DNA of 64,000 nt from Octopus vulgaris (taxonomy: Eukaryota), in NCBI GenBank assembly GCA_951406725.2, contig OX597822.1, forward strand, positions 64,852,001-64,916,000. The letters run 5' to 3'. The notes under the pieces are model-generated. The model was not told where the DNA came from, did no database searches, and worked only from the letters and a program-made list of their open reading frames with translations. Position 1 is the first letter of the stretch, and every line of letters starts with the position of its first letter. Positions 50,945 to 64,000 of the stretch are shown in pieces. The translations under genes and the position numbers were made by a program.

Positions 50945-53692
50945 CATATATACGACGGGCTTCTTTCAGTTTCCGTCTACCAAATCCACTCACAAGGCTT
51001 TGGTCGGCTCGAGGCTATAGTAGAAGACACTTGCCCAAAGTGCCACGCAGTGGGACTGAACGCGGATACATGTGGTTGGTGAGCAAGCTACTTACCACAC
51101 AGCCACTTTTTTTCTTCGTTTCAGTACTGAAACAGATTCGTGCTTCATAAAAAGGGATGCGTCAAAACCAAACTCATGATAAATAGAAGTAAATGTTAAT
51201 ACGTTCTCAGAGATTAAAAGAAAAAAATGAGGATAAAGAAAATAGTAGTTAACTGAAGAGATGCCGAAAATATATCAAATGCGTGTAGAAATTGTCGGAT
51301 CCACACCAAACTAGAAACCTGAGAAATATCGTTTTGGTTGGCGGTTGCCTGCACCCAAATTTATGAAAGCATGAAAACGCACAGACTACGAGAAAGGAAC
51401 TGGTCCGCAATGCCAGAAACCAGTAACAATCAGAAGCAAACATGACTCACTGTCACGCATATACAAACACACCCGCCAATACAATGACACATATACATGG
51501 TGTGTGTACGGCAGCGAGCTGACTGAGTCGTTAGTACGCCGGGCGAAATGCGTAGCCGTAGTTCGTCTGCCGTTACGTTCTGAGTTCAAATTCCCGTTAC
51601 GTTCTGAGTTCAAATTGCCTTTCATCCTTTCGAGATCGATTAAATAAGTACCAGTTAGGCACTGGAGTCGATGTAATCGATTTAATCCGTTTGTCTGTCC
51701 TTGTTTGTCCTCTCTGTGTTTAGTCCGTTGTGGGTAGTAAAGAAGTAGGTATTTCGTCTACCATTACGTTCTGAGTTCAAATTCCGCCGAGGTCGACTTT
51801 GCCTTTCATCCTTTCGGGGTCGATTAAATAAGTACCAGTTATGCACTGGGGTCGGTCTAATCGACTTAATCCGTATGTCTGTCCTTGTTTGTCCTGATTG
51901 TGTTTAGCCCCTTGTGGGTAGTAAATAGATAGGTATTTTTGTCTGACTATGTTCTGAGTTCAAATTCCGCCGATGTCGACTTTGCTTTCCAACCTTTCGC
52001 GTTCGATAAATTAAGTACCAGTTGCGTACTGGGGGCGATCTAATCGACTGGCCCCTCCCCACGATTTTTTAGCCTTGTACCTAGAGTAGAAAGGACTATA
52101 TCTCCGAATTTGTCTTTTAAAGTTTAGGATTGGTTTTCAACTAATTACTACAATCCTACAATCGTGATTTTAAAGCAAATATATCGTCCTATATTCTAAA
52201 CTTTTAGGAAAGTCCTGTATATTCTCATAACTCCACCCCCATGTAAAATTTGCTTAATTTGCATTATTATTTGAATTAATGTTATTCCTCAAGTAAGGCG
52301 GCGAGCTGGTAGAAACGTTAGTATGCCGGGTAAAATACTTAGCACTATTTCGTCTGTCTTTACGTGCTGAATTCAAATTCTGCCAAGGTCGACTTTGCCT
52401 TTTGTCCTTTCGGTGTCGATTTAATAAGTACCAGTTACATACTGAGGTAGATATAATTGAGTTTATCCGTTTGTTTGTTCTTGTTTGTCCACTCTATGGG
52501 TAGCCCCTTGTGGGCAGTAAAGAAATAAGAAACGTTTGCACGCTAGGCTAAATGCCTAGTGGCATGTCGTCTGTCTTTACGTTCTGAGTTCAAATTCCGC
52601 CGAGGTCGATTTTGCCTTTCATCCTGTCGGAGTCGATTAGATAAGCAACAGTCACACACTGGGATCGATATAATCGACTTAGTTCCTTTGTCTGTCCTTG
52701 TGTGTCCCGTTTGTGTTTAGCCCCCTGTGGGCAATAAAGAAATATGAAGCGTTGGCACGCCGGACGAAATGCGTAGCTGTATTTTGTGTCTTTATGTTCT
52801 GAGTTCAAATTCCGCCAAGGTCGGTTTTGCCTTTCATCCTCTCGGGGTCAACAAATTAAGTACCGGTTCCGTACTGGCATCGTTCTAATCGACTGCCCCC
52901 ACCAAATTTCTGGCCTTGTACCTTGAGTAGGAAAGAATATTTCTCCGAATTTACCTTCCAAAGTTCAGGATTGGTTTTTCAACTAATTACTACAATCCCA
53001 CAATCGCAATTTTATGACAAATATATCGTCCTATATTCTAAACTTTTAGGAAAGTCTTGTATATTTTCGTAACTCTACCACCATGCAAAATTTGCTTAAT
53101 TTGCAGCTTTAGATCGTATTTAATTTAATATTAGTCTTTAAGCAAGGTTGCAGAAACGGTAGCACGCTCGGCGAAATGCTTAGCAGTATTTCGTCTGTCT
53201 CTACACGCTGAGTTCAAATTCCGCCGAGGTCGACTTTGCCCCTTTTATCCTTTCGTGGTGGAGAAATTAAGTACCATTTACGTATTGGGGTCGATCTAAT
53301 CAATTGCCCTACTTCCCCATGATTTCGGGCCTTGTTCCTAGTATAGAAAGGTATATTCAATATAATTGGTAGTGAAGGCTTTTTCCCCCTTCCCTGTATA
53401 GGCAAACAAGGAAAATGGAATTGAACATGGATTATTGCTAGATTCTGAACAGCAAAAATTAACCAGTTTCCAACTAATAACTAATACTCTTTTACTTGTT
53501 TCAGTCATGTGACTGTGGCCATGCTGGAGCACCGCCTTTAGTCGGGCAAATCGACCCCAGGACTTATTCTTTGTAAGCCTATTACTTATTCTACCGTTTT
53601 CTTTAGCCGAACCGCTAAGTTACGGAGACGTAAACACACCAGCGTCGGTTGTCAAGTGATGTTGGGGGGGGGGGACAAACACAGACACACAA

Positions 53693-53735
<43 letters not shown>

Positions 53736-54903
53736 TATATACGACGGGCTTCTTTCAGTTTCCGTCTACCAAATCCACTCACAAGGCTTTGGTCGGCCCG
53801 AGGCTATAGTAGAAGACTCTTGCTCAAAGTGCTACGCAGTGGGACTGAACGCTGATACATGTGGTTGGTGAGCAAGCTACTTACCACACAGCCACTTTTT
53901 TTTCTTCGTTTCAGTACTGAAACAGATTCGTGCTTCATAAAAAGGGATGCGTCAAAACCAAACTCATGATAAACAGAAGTAAATGTTAATACGTTCTCAG
54001 AGATTAAAAGAAAAAAATGAGGATAAAGAAAATAGTAGTTAATTGAAGAGATGCCGAAAATATATCAAATGCGTGTAGAAATTGTCGGAGCCCCACCAAA
54101 CTAGAAACCTGAGAAATATCGCTTTGGTTGCCGGTTGCCTGCACCCAAATTTATGAAAGCATGAAAACGCACAGACTACGAGAAAGGAACTGGTCCGCAA
54201 TGCCAGAAACCAGTAACAATCAGAAGCAAACATGACTCACTGTCACGCATATACAAACACACCCGCCAATACAATGACACATATACATGGTGTGTGTACG
54301 GCAGCGAGCTGGCTGAGTCGTTAGTACGCCGGGCGAAATGCGTAGCCGTATTTCGTCTGCCGTTACGTTCTGAGTTCAAATTCCGACGAGGTCGACGTTG
54401 CCTTTCGTCCTTTCAGGGACGATAAATTAAGCACCAGTTAGGCACTGGAGTCGATGTAATCGACTTAATCCGTTTGTCTGTCCTTGTTTGTCCTCTCTGT
54501 GTTTAGTCCGTTGTGGGTAGTAAAGAAGTAGGTATTTCGTCTGCCGTTGCGTTCTGGTTTCAAATTCCGCCAAGGCTGACTTTGCCTTTCATCCTTTCGG
54601 GATCGATTCAATTAGTACCAGTTATGCACTGGGGTCGATATAATCGACTTAATCCGTATGTCTGTCCTTGTTTGTCCTCTCTGTGTTTAGTCCGTTGTGG
54701 GTAGTAAAGAAGTAGGTATTTTGTCTGCCGTTGCGTTCTGGTTTCAAATTCCGCCAAGGCTGACTTTGCCTTTCATCCTTTCGGGATCGATTCAATTAGT
54801 ACCAGTTATGCACTGGGGTCGATATAATCGACTTAATCCGTATGTCTGTCCTTGTTTGTCCTCTCTGTGTTTAGCCCCTTGTGGGTAGTGGAGAAATAGG
54901 TAT
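46965..54903. repeat. Tandem segmental duplication, ~2.8-kb unit x ~2.8
   Basis: Markers TTCGTTTCAGTACTGAAA (~48297, 51115, 53905) and CATGGTGTGTGTACGGCAGCGAGCTG (~48681, 51496, 54286). Units are built of SINE A multimers, a SINE B and unique spacers. Confidence 0.95.
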
Positions 54904-56574
54904 CTACCCCCTCTCTATCTCTGTTGTTTATCTTGACACACAATCCACTGCCAAGACATATAAAAGTCACGTGAATTAGAGTGTACTACACCCATAACAA
55001 AAGAATATATTAATTCTTTTACTGACAACCTAAAGATCAACGTTAAAAAGCGAGAAAAAAAAAACAAGCACCATTATAAAAAGCAATCAGATTTTATTAT
55101 CAATGTTTTTTCCTGTGCTCAGCTATTAAATTTGAACAGATTTTATAACTGAGAGCAGGAAAACTTCCTGTATTGAAGTCATTTGGATTGACATCATTCC
55201 AAATGATTTCATTTGGAAGCTTTTAAAACAACAATATTAATAAACGCTGTCTCAGAACGAAAAGCAGAAAAGAAATATTAGAAAAAAAAAATGCAAGCCA
55301 CTCTTAGCAACCTTTAAGTGTTAAATGGTATCACTTAAATGATACTTGTTAATAACAACAGCAAACTCAAATCCACCAATTAAGTGTTATGTAGGAGAAA
55401 AAAATGTTTTGTGAAGCGTGAGTGATCTTTTCTGGAATCAAAGTGCTTGATCATTGCTTATGCAGCACCAGAACTGTTAAACGGAGAACTAGAGAGCAAA
55501 TAGTTTGCATAACTACGAAATGTTATAAATTAGTTCTTTAACCCAACATTAGCAGGAAGTGTAACCTCTCTCGTAATTAACCGCTACAGTGAAAGCTTTC
55601 GCAACACCACAACAAGCGATAGCTACAAGATACCAATTATGTGATGTTCTTTTACAGGAGATGCCACAAAATGCAATCAATTTGTTTTGTGATTGTACGG
55701 CAGGCAGAATCGTTATCACGCCGGGCGAAATGCTTAGGGGTATTTCGTCCGTCGCTTCGTTCCGAGTTCAAATTCCGCCGTGGTCGACTTTATCTTTCAT
55801 CCTTTCGAGGTTGATAAAATAAGTATCAGATGAGCATGGGATCGATGTAATCGATTAGATTTCACCTCAGAATTTGCTGGCTTTGTGCCTAAATTTGAAA
55901 TCAATATATTGTCCGACTTTTAAGATGGCGAGCAGGAAGTATCGTTTGCACGTCGGGCAAATGCTTGTCCGTCTTTACGCCGGGGCTCAAATTTCGGCGA
56001 GTTTAACTTTGCTTTTCATCCTTGGGGGGGGGGGGGGGTCGATAAGATAAGTACCAATTGAACACTGGCCTTGTGCCTACATTTGAACTCAATATATTAT
56101 CCGATATTTAAGATGGCCAGCTGGAAGAGTCATTTGACTTTTCTCCTACCATCAAACATGCTGGCCTTGTGCCAAGATTTGAAACCAATATATTATTGGA
56201 CTTTGCGGTTTTAAGATTTTGTGATAATAAATATACTTTGCAATTGTAAGAAGAACAGCTCTAGGTTAAGCGTGAAACAACTAAGAGAAATTTAGGATAT
56301 GTATACATTCCAATAAAAATGTTATTGGCGGAACATTCCTAGCAGAGTATCTGCTAAATACAGACAAAAGCCGGATAGAATGAATAAAAATCATCTACAG
56401 GTACGGGGTAGGACGCTGTTCAGAGGAGATAAAGGTTTCAGTGAAAATCTGTAGCGAAATGAAAAATATGAAATTTAGACTTGATGAATCAAGTTGACTT
56501 CTGTTTTCGTCTTTGTTTTTCTGTAAATTCCAACTACACACACAGATGCACACAAATACATATATATACCAATT

Positions 56575-56930
56575 CGTTTTGCAAGATTCCTGATGTGGAA
56601 TTATGTTTTGAAACAGATATTGTTGTATTTCGGTACGGTCATTTTTTTCTTTTTGCCAAATAAACACACGCACTATAAATATATATGTTTTCTTCACTCG
56701 ATTATGGCTGTTCTTACTTTATTATTTTAACGCTTGTCCATTGTGTGGAAATCTTTCGTCACTCATGAAAACGAAAAGTGTCGCTGAAGACGTGTGACGA
56801 AAGATTTCCGGACAATGGATATGAGTTAACATAATAAAATAAGAACAGTAATAAACGAGTGAAAAATAATATATATATAGTGCATGTGCTTAAATGGTAA
56901 AAAAGAATGACCGTTCCGAAATACAACAAT
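56575..56930. repeat. Diverged fold-back PLE-derived element with central hammerhead remnant
   Basis: Arms 56619-56762 and 56794-56930; CUGAAGA..GAAA at 56784-56802; tail homologous to 30879-30945 and 32380-32455. Confidence 0.75.
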
Positions 56931-58050
56931 ACACACACACAGACGCACATATATTCTTGGTTTAAACATTTGTTATTTGTAAGTTCTATTTACATGTATT
57001 TATGTGTTTTACTTAATGTACGAACATGTGGGCTGCACAGCATCTACATCTTGAGTGCTAGTAGCCAACATTTACTTTTTGAGGTACCTTTATATAAGTA
57101 TCTCACAATACCATAAGAAAATAATTTAAATTTGAAAGTGCATCTATTACTTTTAATGCTTGCGTACTATTCAATGTTAATAACAATATTCAGCCATTGA
57201 CTTTTGTACATATACATTTCTAATAATATTCAGACACAATACATTATAGGAAAACATGAATTTTATTCCAAATTTTAGACCTTCGGTTTTAAGATTTGTG
57301 AAATTGGCTCTTTTAGTAATGTAGGGTATTTTTTCATTCTTCAGTATATAGCTTGCTAAATCAAAGCTAACTTGACAGTTAGTGGATGCTGTCATCATTT
57401 TCAGTAAGTTTCTCACACAGCCACTTGTATCACTGTTTCAAGATTATCAATTTCTTCTCAAAAATTTGATCTCTAGTATCCCCCTATGTTTAAAACAACT
57501 CGTCATCAAATACATTTGCAGACCATTTGGCATACGATTCCTTTTATACGTTATAATGCTATCTAAACGGCCAATCCTACACAGAACGCTGCTATCATTT
57601 TACTCGTTTTGTTGTCGAACTGTGTGGTTCTCGTTTAGTAATTCAATAATTGTTCTTATCAAAACAGTTTGTTTTCAAAGAGTAGTTTGAAGAATTTAGA
57701 AAATACGTTCTCAAATTGCAGTTTAAAATTGTATGTACGTTTATATACTCCACACTCGTCTATTTTGATATTTAATGCATGGACAATCCTACGTGTTGGG
57801 CGTTGTATTAGTAGTGCTTATATTGTTAGCGGCTTATTTACGATATCATCACTACTACATAATTTATCTCAAACAAGACATTTAAGCAGTTTCATTCTTA
57901 AAAATATACATATACAGTTTGCTAAAATAAAGGCACACATATACACACGAACACACACGCGCACGTACAAAATATTTAAAACGCGGCTGAGATTGAGCAC
58001 AACAAAAAACCGAATGAACAGAGTAAGGCAAAAGCAAGCAGGGATACACA

Positions 58051-58415
<365 letters not shown>

Positions 58416-58475
58416 CTAGGAGATACAGAGTTGTTGCTTAATAAATTACTTGATGAAATCTCAGACCATCTAGAC

Positions 58476-58755
58476 CAGTGATTTTCCCATCAATGGGACC
58501 TGGGAAAATTGTGCTGGAGGCTGTTGTCGTAGTCGCCACGCACAAGATTTGAATTTCTTAATCAATATTGTACTTTTCTTTTTTATTCAGTACTTTAATA
58601 AAAGAGTAACCGGTAGATTATTTTGTATTAAATAATTGTGAAATATCATTAAAAAAATAAGATTGTTTCTCTTTTATTTTTCCAACATCCGGTGGAGCAT
58701 ACATTTTTATGGAAAGATATAGTGGGGCCTGGGGAAAATAGGTTAAGAAACACTA
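58476..58755. mobile_element. Possible hAT (Charlie-like) MITE
   Basis: CAGTG.. and ..GAAACACTA ends, with ATCTAGAC and ATCAAGAA as an imperfect 8-bp TSD. Confidence 0.4.
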
Positions 58756-59018
58756 ATCAAGAAGGAAATTAAATTTATCGTACAATATCTTTTAATCCTT
58801 AAGGTCTCTTTTACAAACAACTATTTTACACGACGAAGGTTGTCAAAATTACTCCAGTTTGGACATGGGCATTAGCATTGCTAGAATGTGTGCCACTCGG
58901 AGTGGCCCTTCCGTTTGCCGGCCCTCGCACCCGACAAAAAACACATATCGCCTACAGCAGATCCAAAAGTGCCGCCCCTTTAAAAGTGCTGCCCGGCGTG
59001 GACGGCCCCTATCGCCCC

Positions 59019-59230
59019 TTTTACTCTTTTATTTGTTTCAGTCATTTGACTGCGGCCATGCTGGGGTACCGCCTTTAGTCGAAGAAATCGACCCCAAGAC
59101 TTATTCTTTGTAAGCCCAGTACTTATTCTATAAGTCTGTTCAGCCGAACCGCTAAGTTACGGGGACGTAAACACACCAATAACGGTTGTCAAGCGATGTT
59201 GGGGCGACAAACACAGACATACAAACATAC
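59019..59230 (-). mobile_element. SINE family B, 3' half
   Basis: Tail and 3' body ending in (CA)n. Confidence 0.85.
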
Positions 59231-59247
59231 ACTCGCACACACGCACG

Positions 59248-59308
<61 letters not shown>

Positions 59309-60506
59309 TCACACACATGTATTTGTGTACGCTTGCATGTATTATGTCTACATGTCAACGAATTGCAATGCTTAAATAATCACTGTTACCAATGACGCCA
59401 CCTTGAAGACTGGGGCGTCTGGATTTCCTTGTACCACAGCAATGTCTCTAAACACGTCATCACCACCACCACCACCACCACCACCACCACCACCACCACT
59501 ACCGCCACTTCTACTACCATAACCAGCAACATCAAAAACAACAGCCATTGCCAGTTAGTCAACCAACCACGCCTTCAGACTAACATTTAAATGCATTTTA
59601 AGCAAGAATTATTACATTATTTTGCTCTGTTAATTCAGGAACACTTGTTGACATTTGCAAATGAACAATGTCAGCCGCCTCAAACGAACTGAATTGCTTA
59701 AAAGCATGAATTAAATTTGCAGCCATATGATAACTCAATCACATATTATTGACAAGTTTTTTTTTCTTTATTAGTTATTATTCTGTTTTTTTTCTTTCTT
59801 TTTCTTTCCACTGAACACAAAGAAAAAAATTATCTTTGGCTACAAAGCCAGAAACTGTATGAGGCTCAGAGAAAAAAAAATCCCCAAAACAAAATAATGC
59901 ATGATAGCTGAGGGTATGTAGAGCGAAGCTAAAGGAAATTATTGGCTGTCAGTATCAACTGGGAATGTATTAACCCTTTCTGAAATCTTTATGATAAACT
60001 GATCACCTAAATTCTAAATATGCAAGGAGTTCCTTGTACACCTTCAGGGATTGAACATGGTGGGAATTTTTTTTCAGTCAGTGAAGGGAACAAAAAAAAA
60101 AAAAAAAAGAGGAGGAAATTAAATAAATATATAATAATAATAATGAGGCTGAGTAGACTGTCTGTTCCAGCGGAAAACATTAATGGTATATACAAACATG
60201 CATATCGGAAATATTTTTTTTGAAAAGAATGAACTTATTCATGCAAATATAGAGTCAAATATATATCAGGAGATTTATCTGTAGTAGGAGATGATGAAAT
60301 ATAAAAAAAAATACAGGGAGAGAGAGAGAGAGGGGGGAGAGTAAGAAGGAGAGGGAGAGAAAAGTGGGGGTAGAGAAATGAATATGCAGCAGATATGGCG
60401 TAAGTCATTTGAGAACTAGGAATACGCAGACACAGACTCACATATACAGAGGCAATTAATTCTACAGTCTATATGCGTGTATGCCTGCCACACACACACA
60501 CACACA

Positions 60507-60566
<60 letters not shown>

Positions 60567-60675
60567 TACATGTATACATATATACTTATATATGTGTATA
60601 AATATACATATAAATGTGCATATATATACATGCATCTATATGTAAATGTATATATGTATATATATATATATATAT

Positions 60676-61940
<1,265 letters not shown>

Positions 61941-61968
61941 ATACATATATATATATGTATATACATAC

Positions 61969-62020
<52 letters not shown>

Positions 62021-62139
62021 AGAGAGAAAGAGATAGAAAGGGAAAGAGTGATGACCAAAGAAATAGGGCAATTGAATGTTTAGGATGAGAACATCGCTTT
62101 AAGTAGAGAAATAAAATCATAAACATAGATGTATACGTG

Positions 62140-62170
<31 letters not shown>

Positions 62171-63840
62171 GTGTGTGTGTGTGTAAGTATGTATGTGTAT
62201 GTATATATGTATGTATTTATGTATCTATTTATCTATACAAATATACATATATAGGTACATACTTATATACACACATGTGGGTGTGTGTTCATGTGTGTGT
62301 GTGTTTGTGTGTGTATGTGCTTACTATCAATAAAATTGAAGCACCATTTAGTATTATTAATAAAAAAAATAAGGTCCATAAAAATATAATCATTTGAGAT
62401 AGATGAAGATAAAATTACACAGTGTTTGTCGTTGGAATCTATACCTTTCATCTACAGGAAAATAAATAGTAGGCGAATATCTCTGAAATGGACAGCAAAA
62501 TGAGAAGAATCTACTCTCGCATGGATTCAAACAGTAAGCAGTGTTCTATTTTCACTAAATATATTTCAGCTGAATTATTTTTATTGAAAGAAAATTTTAT
62601 ATTTTTTAATGAAAATCGTTTCATATTATCTTTGTTTTTCTTTTTTACACAACAATCACTTATCAATTGATCAAATATTTATATTTTTACGACCAAACAT
62701 TTCTATATTATATACATGCCTATATGCAGAAGTATATATATTTCTAAATTTTTAAAGACTTAACCGGTTTCATAAATTTCTCTATTTTCAAAAGTTGAGC
62801 GAGAAAGACGTGGAGAGCTATGCTGCAACTACGTTGCGAGTAATTGGAATTCAAAAATTGCTTTGTTTTTATAAAGACAACATGGCTCAAATTAGTATCT
62901 GTTTTGGATACATTTTGATTTGGTTGAGGACGGTCACGGGATCAGGTTTCAGAAATTCGGGCAAGTCCTCCGCTACGTCTGCTCTTTAATGTCAAGTGAA
63001 AATGTTTTGCATCGGTAGTTAAAGTTGTCACGGTTGAACGAACATGTCTAGTGGTAATCCCTAGTAGTCAAGGCTGTCTGAATCTGTTTATCTCTCATAT
63101 CAGAAAGTTCTCGTGATTTATAGTAATCTTTATTCCATATTCATTTTCAGCCAGTTATTTTACACTTTATTATTTTTTTTTGGCTGTGGTGAGCCAACTC
63201 GGAACATTCACGATGTGAATTTTCGGAGTCCCCTCCCCCACACCCCCGTTAACGAGCGCACATTTTGTTTTTTTAATATTCGTTTACAGCAAGTTGTTTC
63301 ACACCTATTACACATTTTTTTTTTTGCTCGGGTCAAACCCTTTAGTTTGACCGAGATTTGTGTAGGTCCCCCACTACGCCTGTGCGTTAATATGTGACAA
63401 TATTTTTTGCGCTGAAAATCAGGGCTCGCACGATTCAATGAGTCCTGTAACAGTCCCAAAATAAAGTTCTCTAAATTTAATCTGTGGAATGGTAGAGTGG
63501 ACAGAAGTTGTTTCAGTGTAGTCTAGTTATGGTTTACGTGTTTATATATGCAGACATCAAATTTAGCTGTTAAATATTTTTCTAACCGTTCAACATTTGT
63601 GTATATACAAAATTTGCTAACTGTTAGATATCTGAATGTTTGACTTGTGTGTGCTTTTCGACGTTTGGGTATGTTCGTATGATGTGTAATGTAAGAGCGT
63701 GCACACGTGAGTGTGTTTGCACGGGCGTGCGTGCGTGCCAGAGCTCGTGAGAGTAATATTCAATATTCAAAGCAATTGTTCACTTCAAAGTGTTGTTGCC
63801 GTTAAGACTGGCTTCGCAAATACACACACACGCGTATAAG

Positions 63841-64000
63841 TACATACATGCATTCATACATACATGCATGCATGCATACATACAAACATACATACATACA
63901 TGCATTCATACATACATGCATGCATGCATACATACAAACATACATACATACATGCATTCATACATACATGCATGCATGCATACATACAAACATACATACA
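63841..64000. repeat. 52-bp minisatellite built from CATA/CATG units
   Basis: Variant CATT recurs at 63851, 63903 and 63955. Confidence 0.9.

Noticed and set aside
46965-54903. Repeat-spacer appearance resembling CRISPR or a gene array
   Set aside because: The repeats are SINEs, the spacers are themselves duplicated, there are no cas genes, and the spacers have stops in the frames examined.
57100-57850. Possible highly decayed DNA transposase on the minus strand
   Set aside because: Fragments are too degenerate to assign without a profile search.

Overview
AT-rich, microsatellite-dense eukaryotic non-coding DNA. The SINE families and repeat landscape suggest an octopus (inference). I recognise no intact host protein-coding gene; nearly all listed ORFs are microsatellite or SINE read-throughs. 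Contents: many copies of three tRNA-derived SINE families; decayed DNA transposons (hAT, Tc1/mariner, piggyBac, pogo/Tigger- and Merlin-like MITEs); R4/Dong-like retrotransposon 3' ends inside microsatellites; a 5S rRNA copy; and a ~2.8-kb unit tandemly repeated ~2.8 times (46965-54903). The most notable signal is a set of minimal type-I hammerhead ribozyme (HHR) motifs, found by eye. They occur in a truncated GIY-YIG Penelope-like element (PLE), in short or fold-back derivatives sitting in (TA)n tracts, and in a tRNA-headed SINE-like element with an HHR tail. Several have the compensatory U3-A8 core. All alignments and folds were done manually.
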